Shown piece after piece: positions 36,316 to 47,446 of a DNA stretch of 64,000 nucleotides. The DNA is from Squalus acanthias (lineage: Eukaryota). Every line of letters starts with the position of its first letter. Within the stretch, counting starts at the first letter, position 1. Under the pieces are notes generated by a model. It had not been told where the DNA came from, ran no database searches, and saw only the letters and a program-made list of their open reading frames with translations. The stretch lies in assembly GCA_030390025.1 (NCBI GenBank), contig CM059432.1:92878001-92942000 (forward strand), given 5' to 3'. The translations under genes and the position numbers were made by a program.

Positions 36316-37121
36316 GGGCCGCAAACGGGTGCAATTGGCAGAAACTCACCATCGTGATTAATTCGATTTGGGGGCATGGCCAGTTTTGTGGGCGGAGCCG
36401 GGTTCCAACCCAATGGCCCGTAACTTGCGGTTAGAGACAAAGCGTCGGTGATCGTCACTGACCTTGAAGAAAGCTGCCCACAGAGATCGAGAACATTAGT
36501 TTCCTCGATGTGAAATTGACTGTAGCGCTATCAAAAGGGGAACTCCAGTGAAGAGCACCAGTGATGTCATCAAGCTGTCTAAGCAGCCAATCACGTTGAA
36601 GAATTTTCAGACAGCAAACCAGGAATTAAGAAGCACTGATTATCTGCACAATTTAAAAATGTTACAGAGAGCGAAATAAAGATTGGGACATACACATGGG
36701 GTTAAGGTAGAAGCTGATTTTTTTTTTTAATTTAGTAATTTTTATCATCATGGACAAATTTGACATTTCACAAATATAAAATTAGTTTTACAGGGCCAGA
36801 ACGGCTGTTTAGCAGTCAATATGCTGTTAAAACCCCAGTTACACCTATTCCAACAAGGCTTAACATTTAATGGGGAGTTTAACAGTGACATTAGTGCGGA
36901 AAAGCTTAAGTTTTCGTCAGTTCTACTGATTTCACTGATTGGCAGCTGTGGGTGGTGTCCCCATCGCAGCCTGTGGTGGAGCAGTGAATAACTGACTGCA
37001 ATTTCAGGATTTCCGCATTTAGACACGCATGCGCTAAATCCTGAAGTTGCGGTCAGTTTCAGAGGGGTAATGACGGTGAACACTGACAGTTTGCCGTCAT
37101 TACAACCGCAAAATCCAGGCC
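36316..37121. mobile_element. Harbinger-type non-autonomous element, right TIR intact
   Basis: Ends in ccgcaaaatccaggcc, which is near the reverse complement of ggcctggaatttgcgg at 3801. Internal hairpin gcaatttcaggattt...aaatcctgaagttgc. Left end unclear. Confidence 0.55.
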
Positions 37122-37744
37122 AAAGTTTTTTAAACCAGCACAGAAGATGCCAGAAACTCGATTTGTGCTGGAAGTAACTAACTTGCGCTTGAAATTCCTC
37201 AATCTATTATGCTGGTCTGGCTGATTTTGGATGAAAACTCTACCCCTACTTATTTTATTTTGTTTTTTTCGGTGCCTGTTCCATTAAATCTACTCACACT
37301 ACATAAGCAATTTAAGTAAAAAATAACTGTTGTTCAGATTTCTGTATCAAGCTTATTTTAATGCAATGTTGCAAGTTAGCGGCAGGAGGGAAGAATAATT
37401 CAAAGCTGAAGGCTATGTGATTGGTTTGGTTTTGTATATAACTGATGGTACCTTTTTAAATTTGAATGCTCAGATATTCAAAATTCAGGTTAGTCTGTTA
37501 ATTCTTTTCTGGTACATAAAAAAGGGGTGTTTGCTTTAAATTAGGTGTCAACTTGAAAACATTCAGAGTAGAAACTGATCAATTTGAAAATCTTGAAAGA
37601 GAGAAAAATGGTTCCAAATTGCCAAAAAGCAGCTTAGATTAACATTTCGTTCCCATAGTGGTAACACATTAAAAAAGCAATACTGTGTGTATTTCAAAGT
37701 TATTTATAAAGGATTAGCTTAGTTCCTGGAGTTGTGATCTTTTT

Positions 37745-38390
37745 TATTACATAGAAAATTCTCAGAGATTACGACAGGGAAGCACGCTGCTTGGCCCAGC
37801 CAGTCTGTGTTGGTGTTTATTCTCCACAAAAGCAGCAGTCCTAATCCCATGTGTATGCCTTGTTCCCATGTCCCTTTCTCTCCCTTTTCTTTAACAATTT
37901 ATCTAACTTATTCTTAAATGTTGACATGGTCTCTGTTTAAATCACTAACTCCAGTAGTACATTCCACAGACTCACAACGCTCTGTGTAAAAAAAGGTTTA
38001 TCCTGCTCTCTGTCGTAAATCTCTAAAGTTTAATTTTGCGTCTATGTCCACTTCATTCGAGACTCCTCAACCACTGGAAACAGTCTGTCTCTATATACTC
38101 TATCCCATCCCTTCATAATTTTAAACACCTCTATCAAATCATCCCATAATCTCCTAAATTCTAATGAAAACAGATCCAATTTTTCAAGTCTTTCATTGTA
38201 TTTGTATTTCCTAGCATCCTAATAAATCTACACTTACTCTTTCTTTTGTCTGTAGTGTGGAGCCCAAAAATGCAAACATTATTCTAACTAAGGTCTCCTA
38301 ATGTTTTATACAGATTCACCATTGTTTCAACTTTTGTATTCTATACCTCTTGCCATAAAACCCAGTATTCCATAAGCTTTATTATTTTGT
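37745..38390 (-). mobile_element. Old decayed CR1 3' end
   Basis: Reverse-strand CR1 3' features such as ttccacagactcacaacgctctgtgtaaaa, cccttcataattttaaacacctctatcaaatc and ttttgtattctatacctctt. Confidence 0.7.
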
Positions 38391-38774
38391 CTACTTGAAG
38401 AGTTAGATAATAGACATTCTGTTGTAAATTTATAACTGCATTATATGACTGTTACGTATGTGCTTTCTCATCTTTCGTTATATACATTTGCTTAACGGTT
38501 TTTAACTTAAAACAACATCCAAAGTTACGATGCTCTATTTGCTCATCAAAGACGGCAGACATCTGATGAAGACATAGGATAAATCTAGTAGCTAAAAGCA
38601 ATTAACAGATGAGGTTTGTTGTTTTGTTATCCCAGGTGTATTACTTAGATATCAAGGTTAAGATAAACACTCTTGAAGGTATAGGGAATTGGGACTTACC
38701 CATGAGAAGGATCTATGATACAAGAATCAAAATAATCCAGAGTCAGAAGGGTAAAATAACCCCAAAAATATAAG

Positions 38775-38878
38775 AAATAAAAACAGAAAATGCTGGAAAT
38801 ACTCAGCAGGTCAGGCATCATCTGTGGAGAGAGAAACAGAGTTAACGTTTCAGGTCAATGACCCTTCGTCAGAACTCT
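38775..38878 (-). ncRNA. Solo Penelope pLTR fragment with an intact minimal type I hammerhead (38838-38878)
   Basis: Minus strand agagtt-CTGACGA-a-gggtc-att-gacct-GAAAC-GTT-aactct: 6-bp stem I, stem II and palindromic AACGTT. The downstream sequence matches 16425-16487. Confidence 0.8.
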
Positions 38879-39044
38879 AACTCCAAAAATATAAGAGCTG
38901 GTTTGAGAAAACATGGATGGCTGCAGACATTTGAAGCTACTACAATTTTCTTCTTTTCATACATTCAACGATGCCATATAAAATTTTTATTTAAAATGTA
39001 TGGTTGCCACATTAAAATAATAGTTTCATCTATTGCTGATGCTG

Positions 39045-41285
39045 AAGTAGGACAAGTGGAGTGTGTTTCAGTGGGAGAACTTCTGGGTAATAGTGATCAT
39101 AATATTATTAGATTTAAAGTAGTTATGGAAATGGACAAAGAAAAATTAACAGTGAAAATACCCAACTGGAAGAGAGCCAATTTCAATGATTTCAGAAGGG
39201 ATCTAGCACAGGTGGACTGGGGAAAAAAAAGATTGGCCAGGAAAATAGTAAATGAGCAATGGCAGGCCTTCAAGATGGAGAATGTGCTTGGTTTGTACCC
39301 GAACTTTCTCATAAAGAGGAAAGTTGGGGCATCCGAAGCTAGAGCTCCCTGGATGACAAAAGAAATAGAGGTTAAATTAAAACAGAAAAAGGAGGTTTAT
39401 GACAAATGTCAGATACGGAATACAATCAAAAACGAGGCAGAATATAGAAAATGCAGGAGTAAATTAAAAAAATATAAGAAGGGCAAAGAGAGAGAAAAGA
39501 TTAGCAGGTAACATAAAAGGGAACCCAAAAATCTTTTATAAACATATGAAAAATAAAAAGGATAGTTAAAGAAATGGTGCGACTGATTAGGAAAAAAAAA
39601 GAAATCTTCTTGTCGAGGCAGAGGGCATGACTGAGGTACTGAATGAATACTTTGCATCTGTCTTCACAAAAGAAGAGGATGAAGTTAATGTCGCAGTAGA
39701 GGGAGGAGTAGAGATATTAGATAGGATAAAAATAGGTAGAAAGGAGGTGCTGGGCATCACTCAAAGTTAGCAAGTCACTCAGTCCAGGTGGGATGCAGCC
39801 TAGGTTGTTGAGTAAAGCTAGGATGGAGATAACAGAAGCTCTGTCCACAATCTTTCAATCCTCCTTGGATATTGGGAGTGGTTCCAGAGGATGAGAGGAT
39901 TTCAAATGTTACAACCCGGTTCAAAAAATGAGAGGGATAAACCTGGTAACTACAGGCCCATCAGTCTAACGTCAGTGCTGGGAAAACCATAAAGAAACCA
40001 TTGTCAAGGACAAAATTAATTTTCCCTTGGCGAAGCATGGGACAGCCAGCATGGATTTGTTAAAGGCAAATCGTGTCTGTCTAATCTGATTGAGTTCTTT
40101 GATGAAGTAAGAGAGAGGGTTGATGAAGGTAGTGCAGTAGATGTTGTATATATGGACTTTCAAAAGGCATTTGATATAGTACCTCATAACAGACTTATTC
40201 GGAAAATAGAAGCACATGGTATTAAAGGGATGGTGGTAACCTGAGTACGAAATTGGCTTAGGGATAGGAGGCAGAGAGTAGTGGTGAACGGATGTTTTTC
40301 TGACAGGAGAGAAGTATGCAGTGGGGTCCCCCAGGGGTTGGTATTAGGAACATTGCTTTTCTTGTTATATATAAATGACCTGGACTTGGGTATAGGGAGT
40401 ACAATTTTGAAGTTTACGGACGATACAAAACTTGGCGATGTAGCAAATAGTGAGCATGATAGTAGCAAACTTCAGGAGGACATAGACAGACTGGTGAAAT
40501 GGGCAGACGCATGGCACATGCAATTTAATTCAGATAAGTGTGAAGTGATGCACTTTGGGAGAGACAGCATGGCGAAGCAGTATAATCGAAATGTTATTAT
40601 TTTGAGGGGGTGCAAGAGCAGAGGAACCTGGGGTGCATATTCACAATCCTTGAAGGTGGTAGGGCAAGTTGGTAAGGCAGTTAAGAAAGCGTATGGGATA
40701 TTTGGCTTTGAAAATAGGGGCACTGAATACAAATCTCCGGTTAGGCCTCAGCTGGAGTGTTGTGTACAATTCTGGGCACCACACTTTAGGATGTCAAGGC
40801 CCTGGAGAGGGTACAGAGGAGGTTTAAAAGGATGATACCAGGGATGAGGGAGTTCTGTTATGTGGAGAGATTGGACAAGCTGGGATTGTTCTTCTTAGAC
40901 CAGAAAAAGGTTAAGGGGAGACCTAATAGAGGTATTCAAAATTATGAGGGGTTTTGATAGAGCAAGTAGGGAGAAACTATTTCCTCTGGCAAGTGGGTCA
41001 GTAACCAGAGGCCACAGTTTTAAAATAATTGGTAAAAGAACTAGAGGGGAAATGAGGAGCAATTTCTTCACACAGAGGGTTGTTAAGATCTGGAACGCAC
41101 TATCTGAAAGGGTGGTGGAATCAGATTCCATAGGAACATAAAAGGCAATTGAACATGTACTTGACGAAGACAAATTTACAGGGTTATGGGGAAAAGGGTG
41201 GGTTGTAGGACTGAATTGGACAGCTCTTTCAAAGAGCCGGCACAGGTGTGTGGCCGAATGGCCTCCTTCTGTTCTGTAAGATCCG
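39045..41285 (+). mobile_element. CR1 LINE ORF2 (APE end to tail), decayed
   Basis: GNSDHNII, APWMTKEI, SGVPQG, KFTDDTKLG and FFTQRVVKIWN motifs; tail ggccgaatggcctccttctg. Confidence 0.92.
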
Positions 41286-41469
41286 ATGATTCAAAAGAAT
41301 AGCAAAGGTTCAATGGTAAATAGTATTAGTTGATGACAAATTTAATTGCCTTCTTTTCTGCTCTGATGACTCCACTTTGTGCATGTTCTTCTTTTTCCTC
41401 AGCTGATGTTTTCTTCATCTTTGGTTGACTGGGTCAGTGGCCACATCCACCACATTACCAGTGCTTCCA

Positions 41470-42270
41470 CTTTCAGCCCATTTCCATCATTTTAGAATAA
41501 CCTTGCTCTCGCATTCATTCTAGTAGCGTTCCCATCTGCCAGATCATTTTTCATAATTTCTACCAGCTACAAAGGATATCACCACAAAGCACATCTTCTT
41601 TCTTCCTCTTTCCCAGAGGGATTGTTCACGCTTCCATCACCTCGATTTCAGACTGTCATTTCTTTCACACTTTTCTATGCAACGCCTGTCCATTTGCCTC
41701 TAACCATACCATTGCCCAGGGTATTAAATACTCCTTCCAAGTGAGAGGGCAACTTATATGTACTTCTTCCAATTTAGTATGCTGTGTTCACTGTTCATGG
41801 TGTTGTTTCTTCTACGTTGGGGAGACCAAACACACAGATTTGGTGACTGTATTGCTAAACATCTCCATTCTGTCCCCAAGTTTGGTCCTAACCTCTCTGT
41901 GGTTAAACTCCCTTCCTATTCGCACTCTTACCTTCCTACACTGCCCTACTCTTCGTCTGCTTGCCCATGTTCAGAGATCTGGTGCAAGCCTTTCACAACT
42001 AGTGGACGCTGCAAGAGATTCACAACTTCTGGAAAATACAGGTGTGAATACCAAGAAATAATTACAGTTTAAGTGGGTCAACTGAACAGGTTAGTGGCAT
42101 GCTCCTAAGAGGAGAGTCCTTGGAAAATATTTGGTGACAACCAGCAACAACCCTAATGGCCCATCTAAAATAGCTCTACGGTGCCCCAACCAAGCTCAAC
42201 TCAAAGTTCATGAAAAGTATCTAATCTTTCTCCATGGTAATCTGCTGTCCTCTGGTATTTATATTAAGAG
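41470..42270 (+). mobile_element. Old decayed Penelope-like GIY-YIG region
   Basis: CTSSNLVCCVHCSWCCFFYVGETK, RFGDCIAKHLHSV and NQAQLKVHEKYLIF parallel 15790-16135. Confidence 0.75.
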
Positions 42271-43588
42271 CCTTTACATTACATACTGCCAGCCCCCCCA
42301 TGAGTCCCGCATAACCGATGGCACCACCAAAGATTAAAAGGCATGCTAAGTCTGGTGCCAGCAGTGACCCATTTGTTTTACCGGGTCTTCCTAACTGCCA
42401 TTGATTTTCAGAGCTCAGTTTACTGTTGAGATGCAATCAGTGTGTCTGTGACCTGATGGCATGACACAAAGTGGCATCATCATGACTGGAATTGGCTCAG
42501 TGTACACATTGTCATGACATGCTGTTAATAAAGCTATACAAAATCTGTTTGCAAGTCATTAAACCGTTAATTGCTTCCATGTACAGGAATATGTATTTCT
42601 GGCCCTTAACTTTTATTGTTGCTCTCTCTGTTATCACCAGATTTATTTAGTGCTTATTGGGCTAATATGCTATGGGGAAAACTGCACTGAAGCCAACCCT
42701 TTAAGATTCTGCCAATAAAGTTCTTTATGCTAGTCTTAATTTATTACCTCAAATTGCTGCTCACTATTACCACCAGTACATCATCCTAACGTTAAGCAGC
42801 TCAAAATGCTTTCTGTAGACACAATCCAAGTTTGGGCAAGTTGGATATTTTTCATTGGTCAAGGGCACAAATATATGAACATTCCACAAGACCACCATCA
42901 CGCTTTACCAACACCACCCTTTTCGCTAAAATAATTAGGAAATTGTGTGCTAGATAAACCCAGCACGGTGTTTTAGTCAGTTCAATCCTGAGAACTATTC
43001 GGCACTTGTCATGATGCCGAACGGGAAAAAAAACCCGATTATTTTTACAACATGTCAGAAACAGAAATTTGTGGCTGAAAGCTACGAACGATACCTGAAT
43101 GGTTACCAAGAGAGACGCGTTCATTCAAGAGAGAAAAAAAGCTTTTGCGTGCAGATATATTTTGGGGAAAAAAAGAGTGGCTTAGTGATTGATTGGAAAA
43201 AGGAAGAGCAGCGAATGGCCTGCAGTCGCTGGTCCTGCGCGCGGTGCAGTGTGGGAGCGTTGCCCGTTGGCGTCCGCTGCGTGTCGCGCGGACTCAGAGC
43301 GCTGCCACCTGGGGCTGGCGCGTGGACAGACAGACAGACCGACCGACGGACAGACGAGCCTCCGCGCGGCGGCCGCTCGCAGCAAAACAAAAACCGCCGC
43401 CTCACCCGCCCGGCCAACCGCGGGCTTCGCCCGGCGTCCGGGCCCGACCTCCAGCTCCACTTGCAACTTTTCCAATCCATCTGCAGCCCGAGTTTTGCTG
43501 GGAAAGAGAAAGAAAAAGGGAGTCGCGGGAAAAAAACCTACCCCACCCCCCCCACCCAGCGCTCGGATCAGTGCCACTCTCTCTCACA

Positions 43589-44017
43589 ATGTCCGGCGAA
43601 AGGAACAGGCGCTCGCTGGCTTTCCGCACCGGAGCGGCTCCAGCAGCTGCCGCCGCCAGCGTGAAGATCGAGCCCGATCTCGGGTCCCACAACAACACCG
43701 AGGCTTCTGACGGGGCCTTCGGCTCGGTCAGTCCTAACCAGCCGGCGTCTGCTCCTCCTGCACTGGAAGGCGACGGGGCTGAGGCCGGGGCCGAGGCGGC
43801 TCCCGCTCAGGAGGAGGACTGGGTTGAGACGGTGGTGGTGGACGATGAGTACCCGGAGCAAGAGGTCTCTGTGCGGGTGGTCGACGGCGGCTCCATCAGC
43901 AGCAACGAGTCCGAAGAGGAGGAGGTGGTGGCGGCGGCGGCGGCGGAAGAAGAAGAAATAGACGGGCCCGGGAGCGAAGAGCGAGCCGTGAGCCCCGCAG
44001 AAGGAGCCGGACTCAAA
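43589..44017 (+). CDS. Coding exon 1 of a C17orf113/ZNF862-type zinc-finger gene (Ala/Glu-rich N-terminus, 143 codons)
   Basis: acaATG with A at -3. Translates MSGERNRRSLAF...VKIEPD (SUMO-type psiKxE motif) with acidic tracts. Candidate phase-0 donor AAA|GTGGGA at 44017/18; alternative GCC|GTGAGC at 43987/88. Confidence 0.65.
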
Positions 44018-44124
44018 GTGGGACGGGACGAGGGGGGGAGGAGGAAGAAAACAGCGGCTGCAGCCGGAGAGGAGTCGGGCTGACCCTGCTGGGCCGGCCC
44101 CAGTCCTTCTTGCTGCCTCAACAG

Positions 44125-44355
44125 CGCACTTTCCAGAGGTCGTGGCTGCAGGAGTTCCCGTGGCTTCAGTACGAGCAGGAGACGGGCCTCATGTACTGCT
44201 CCTGGTGCCTGCGGGCCAACAGCGGGCTGGGCAACAACAATAACCGCAACAAGTTCGTGAAAGGAAGCCGCAATTACAGGAGGACCACACTGCTGCGGCA
44301 TCACCTGTACACCGAGCACCAGGAGAACGACCCGTCGGCTGCTGCCTGCATGGAG
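44125..44355 (+). CDS. Coding exon 2: C17orf113/ZNF862-like (TTF-type) zinc finger, 77 codons
   Basis: RTFQRSWLQEFPWLQY..ETGLMYCSWC...NKFVKGSRNYRRTTLLRHHLYTEH fits the W..FPWL...C..C...F..G..N....L.RH....H pattern. Acceptor tccttcttgctgcctcaacag| and donor GAG|GTGAGA at 44355/56. Confidence 0.78.
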
Positions 44356-45064
44356 GTGAGACCGGGTAAAAAATATCCTGCAAAAGGGCAGCCTCGGCTT
44401 CCTCTGGAAGGGGGAGGGTGTTAAGTAGCCATTGCTGTTCCTGCCTTCGTTCCGACTGCTGTGACTCCATTTACTTCAGACTCGGAGCTCTGATTACATT
44501 AGTGGCTCTTCAGGTTACTCGAGGCTACGATAGACGTTATGGTTTGGGGTTGGCTTTCTCTAGCTCTCTCTCTCGCTCAGTCCCATCCCCCAAGCTCCTT
44601 AATCCATTTACACAACGTATTGAATTCAGTTTGGATCTATTGATCGGAACGGAATTTGATCTTATACCCTGTTTACATGGCACCATGTCCCTGGATCAGA
44701 ACATAACACCGGGGGATCACATTACTGACCAATAGACGCTGCACAGGGAAGGGGGAAGAGAAGCACACAGGCAGCAACAAAAAAAACACCAGATCTCTTA
44801 CGTTTGTGAGTTCCAACTTTTTTTGTTCAGTAAATTGTGTTGCCCCCGCACAGCTATAAGACCGTCTGGTTTGAGAATTTAATTTGATGCTACAGTGCAG
44901 TTGGTAATGTGAGTTGGTCAGTGTCATTTTTTGACTCGGTGAATTAAAATCCACTCAATTTCTTGAATCAAAAGGCGACGTTCTCTATTTTTGTGAGGTT
45001 AAGCAGTTGCATATATGCAGCTTATACTTTAAAACTGTTAAGATTAAAAATAGGATTTTGTAAA

Positions 45065-45180
45065 AGTAAAAAGTAGATGTTGGAAATCAAACACAAATTG
45101 AAAATGCTAGAGAACACAGCAGGTTAGACAGGCTCTGTGGAGAGAAGTTAATGCTTCAACTGCACACCCTTCATCAGGAT
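45065..45180 (-). mobile_element. Decayed Penelope pLTR fragment
   Basis: aaaatgctagagaacacagcaggttagacaggctctgtggagagaagttaatgcttca...cccttcatcag parallels 38775-38878; ribozyme core degenerate. Confidence 0.6.
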
Positions 45181-45599
45181 TTTGCAAACTGTTGTTTTCA
45201 AAGCTGTGCAAACTTTGCTGGGAATTACAGTTTGGGTCAGTATCAAACTAATTCCATTTTAATCTTTAAGGTAGTAAAAAATAATTATAGATATGGTTCT
45301 GCAATTTGTTCATAGGTTCTGAATTAAATCTACCAATTGTGTCCACCAGTGATGATTGCCTTAGCTCACTATATTTTGATGATTGAGAAACCATCAGACA
45401 TTGTTAATGTCTTTTTGTAGTGCATTGTCAAGACAGCTGTAAATTATCCAGCACACAATTTACAGAACTACCCCACTGGCTGATGCATTAGTTTCACTCT
45501 GAAGTTGAATTAGGATAATGGAGAGAGATGAATTTCTATACCCGTTAATATCTGGAGGGTTTTAAAAATGCAAGTTTCAGATGAGTCTGTCACAACACA

Positions 45600-45760
45600 T
45601 TATCGTCCTTAGTACTATAACCTATCCATTGTGCGATGTAAATTGGAGTGAATTTGGTCTAATTCAAATCCAGATTAAAAGCAATTAAACCAACGTTTTC
45701 ATCTGGATTTGAATAATACCAAGTCCACTCCAACATAGGTTATAGCAGTAGGAATGATAA
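45600..45760. repeat. Imperfect palindrome of about 160 bp (old MITE-like hairpin)
   Basis: ctataacctat...ttggagtgaatttggtctaattcaaatccagat pairs with atctggatttgaataataccaagtccactccaa-cataggttatag. Confidence 0.7.
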
Positions 45761-47446
45761 TTCATTGTGTTAAGTGGGTTCATAACTAGGTTATACAAAT
45801 GCAGCAGTTGATGACTGGAAGGCTTAAAAAATATAATGTTCTGTAACAAAACATACCAAGATCTTTAATACTAATAGGCAAATCATATAAAACTCCCTTT
45901 ATAACATGCCTCTTGCTGCAACATGCCTTTTTTACAACTCCCAAAGACAGCATTATGGAGAGGATAATTTGAAAAGGCACAGCTGCCTTGTGAAAGGTAT
46001 TGTATCAGTCTAGAAGAACAGTCTGTCTCAAATTACTGTAATTGCATCTGTCCCAGATGAGCCCACTGTCACTCATTTACTTATAGATCTAAAAGTCTTT
46101 TTTTCCTCTTTAATTCCTTCAGTTTTCCTCCTTCTCATGCAGCATCACAGGTGCAGGGTATAGTCAGATGGACTTTCATAGGAAAATGTTTCTGTTAGAT
46201 GCATAGGAGTCAGTCCTGTGACTATTTCAAGATGATGTCTGTCAGGATGGAATAGGACCATGATGTATATAGAATAACATAGCTGGGATTATATTAAAAG
46301 ATTGTAACAGAATCAAGGAGTTCAGAGAACATCATAGACTTCACACTTTGAAGTCATTGAAGTTTATTAATGTGACTTGAACCCCAAGATTGTATTGCAA
46401 CCTTAGTCATAATACTTTAATGTACTTAAAGATTGTTGTCTTGCAGTTTTCTTGTGTTGAATTATTTTTCACGTCAGGTGACTGGATGGAGTCCTGTTAC
46501 AAGCTTCGATGAAAATACATCATAGGGCAGGTTCAAAGGAGTTGTTGCCAGTATTTTCACTATGCACATGTATGAAGCATTCCATGAGACAGCTGGATAA
46601 GTATTGTTAACTCAGTTATAGAGTTTTCAAATTTAACTTAACTTGAGATGTTTTGGCATTTTAACAATGGATTGCCAAATACTCTTCAAGACTTAGGCCC
46701 TTCAAAGTACAACTGGGCAAATACACCAGAAAAATCCATAGACCAGCTGTCTTCGATGTAGTTTCATTTGAGTTTCAAAGCTGTGTATTGGGTATTTACT
46801 TTGTAAAGGTACCATCTTGATTAGTCACTGAAGCTGTGTGCTTTTTTTTTTAGGCTGCCTGGCAGCATTTTTTAAGGAAACTATATTCCCTAGAGAGGCT
46901 CTTAACTAGGTTTTTCAAACAAAGTGCTAGCTTAATTTTTTTCGTTTTTGGGAACCATTGGTTTCCCAGCAGTGTGTTGGTATAACTTTACAAGATTATG
47001 TTTTTTAAAAAAAAACTTGTTTTAATAAATTCATGGTGTCCTGAGCCCATTCTAAATGGAACTGACATGGCTAGACTTAATTGTTCAATTTTCTGTTGTC
47101 AAAACTAAACCCCTTTAGTAGGTTTTATAGCATAGTGGTGTGGGAAAATAAATATTTAAATATTGCCCATTGAAAACAACAGTGAAGTGGCATTTTCTCT
47201 CAGAATCTTTGCAATGCGCAATCTCCTAATATTGAGGTAATGCTGTGCACAAGATTGACCTGCCTTCATTCTTGACCGGCATCTCAAACTTGTAAAGTTT
47301 AGTTTTCAATCTTGATTGGAATGCTTTTACTATGAGTTTTTAAGAATTAATAAATACACTCAATGGCTTTTATTCTAATTTTGCTTCTATGTCTGTCTTC
47401 CAAGCATCTTTCTTTTGTTATCTTGTCTTCTCCCGATATAGAATCA

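Larger units (their letters stand above)
43050..44460. promoter_or_regulatory. CpG island / probable promoter and 5' end of the host gene
   Basis: Abrupt high GC with dense CpGs in an otherwise CpG-depleted window; ATTGG (reverse CCAAT) at 43192; (gaca/gacc/gacg)n tract at about 43326-43357. Confidence 0.88.

Noticed and set aside
38560..38600. ctgatgaagac...aaaagc as another hammerhead
   Set aside because: No GAAA core and no convincing stems.
44030..44105. Programmed -1 ribosomal frameshift at G GGG GGG
   Set aside because: Not a canonical X XXY YYZ site (Y is normally A or U), the nearest stem is about 15 nt away, and a phase-compatible intron or a homopolymer error explains the frames more simply.
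43011..44470. Many overlapping ORFs on both strands in the CpG island, and the TTG-initiated extension 43193-43588
   Set aside because: Expected from stop-codon scarcity in GC-rich DNA; no recognisable domains; ATG 43589 has good context.
46478..46525. Acceptor-like site as the next exon of the zinc-finger gene
   Set aside because: The phase-0 reading hits TAG after 15 codons and there is no other support.
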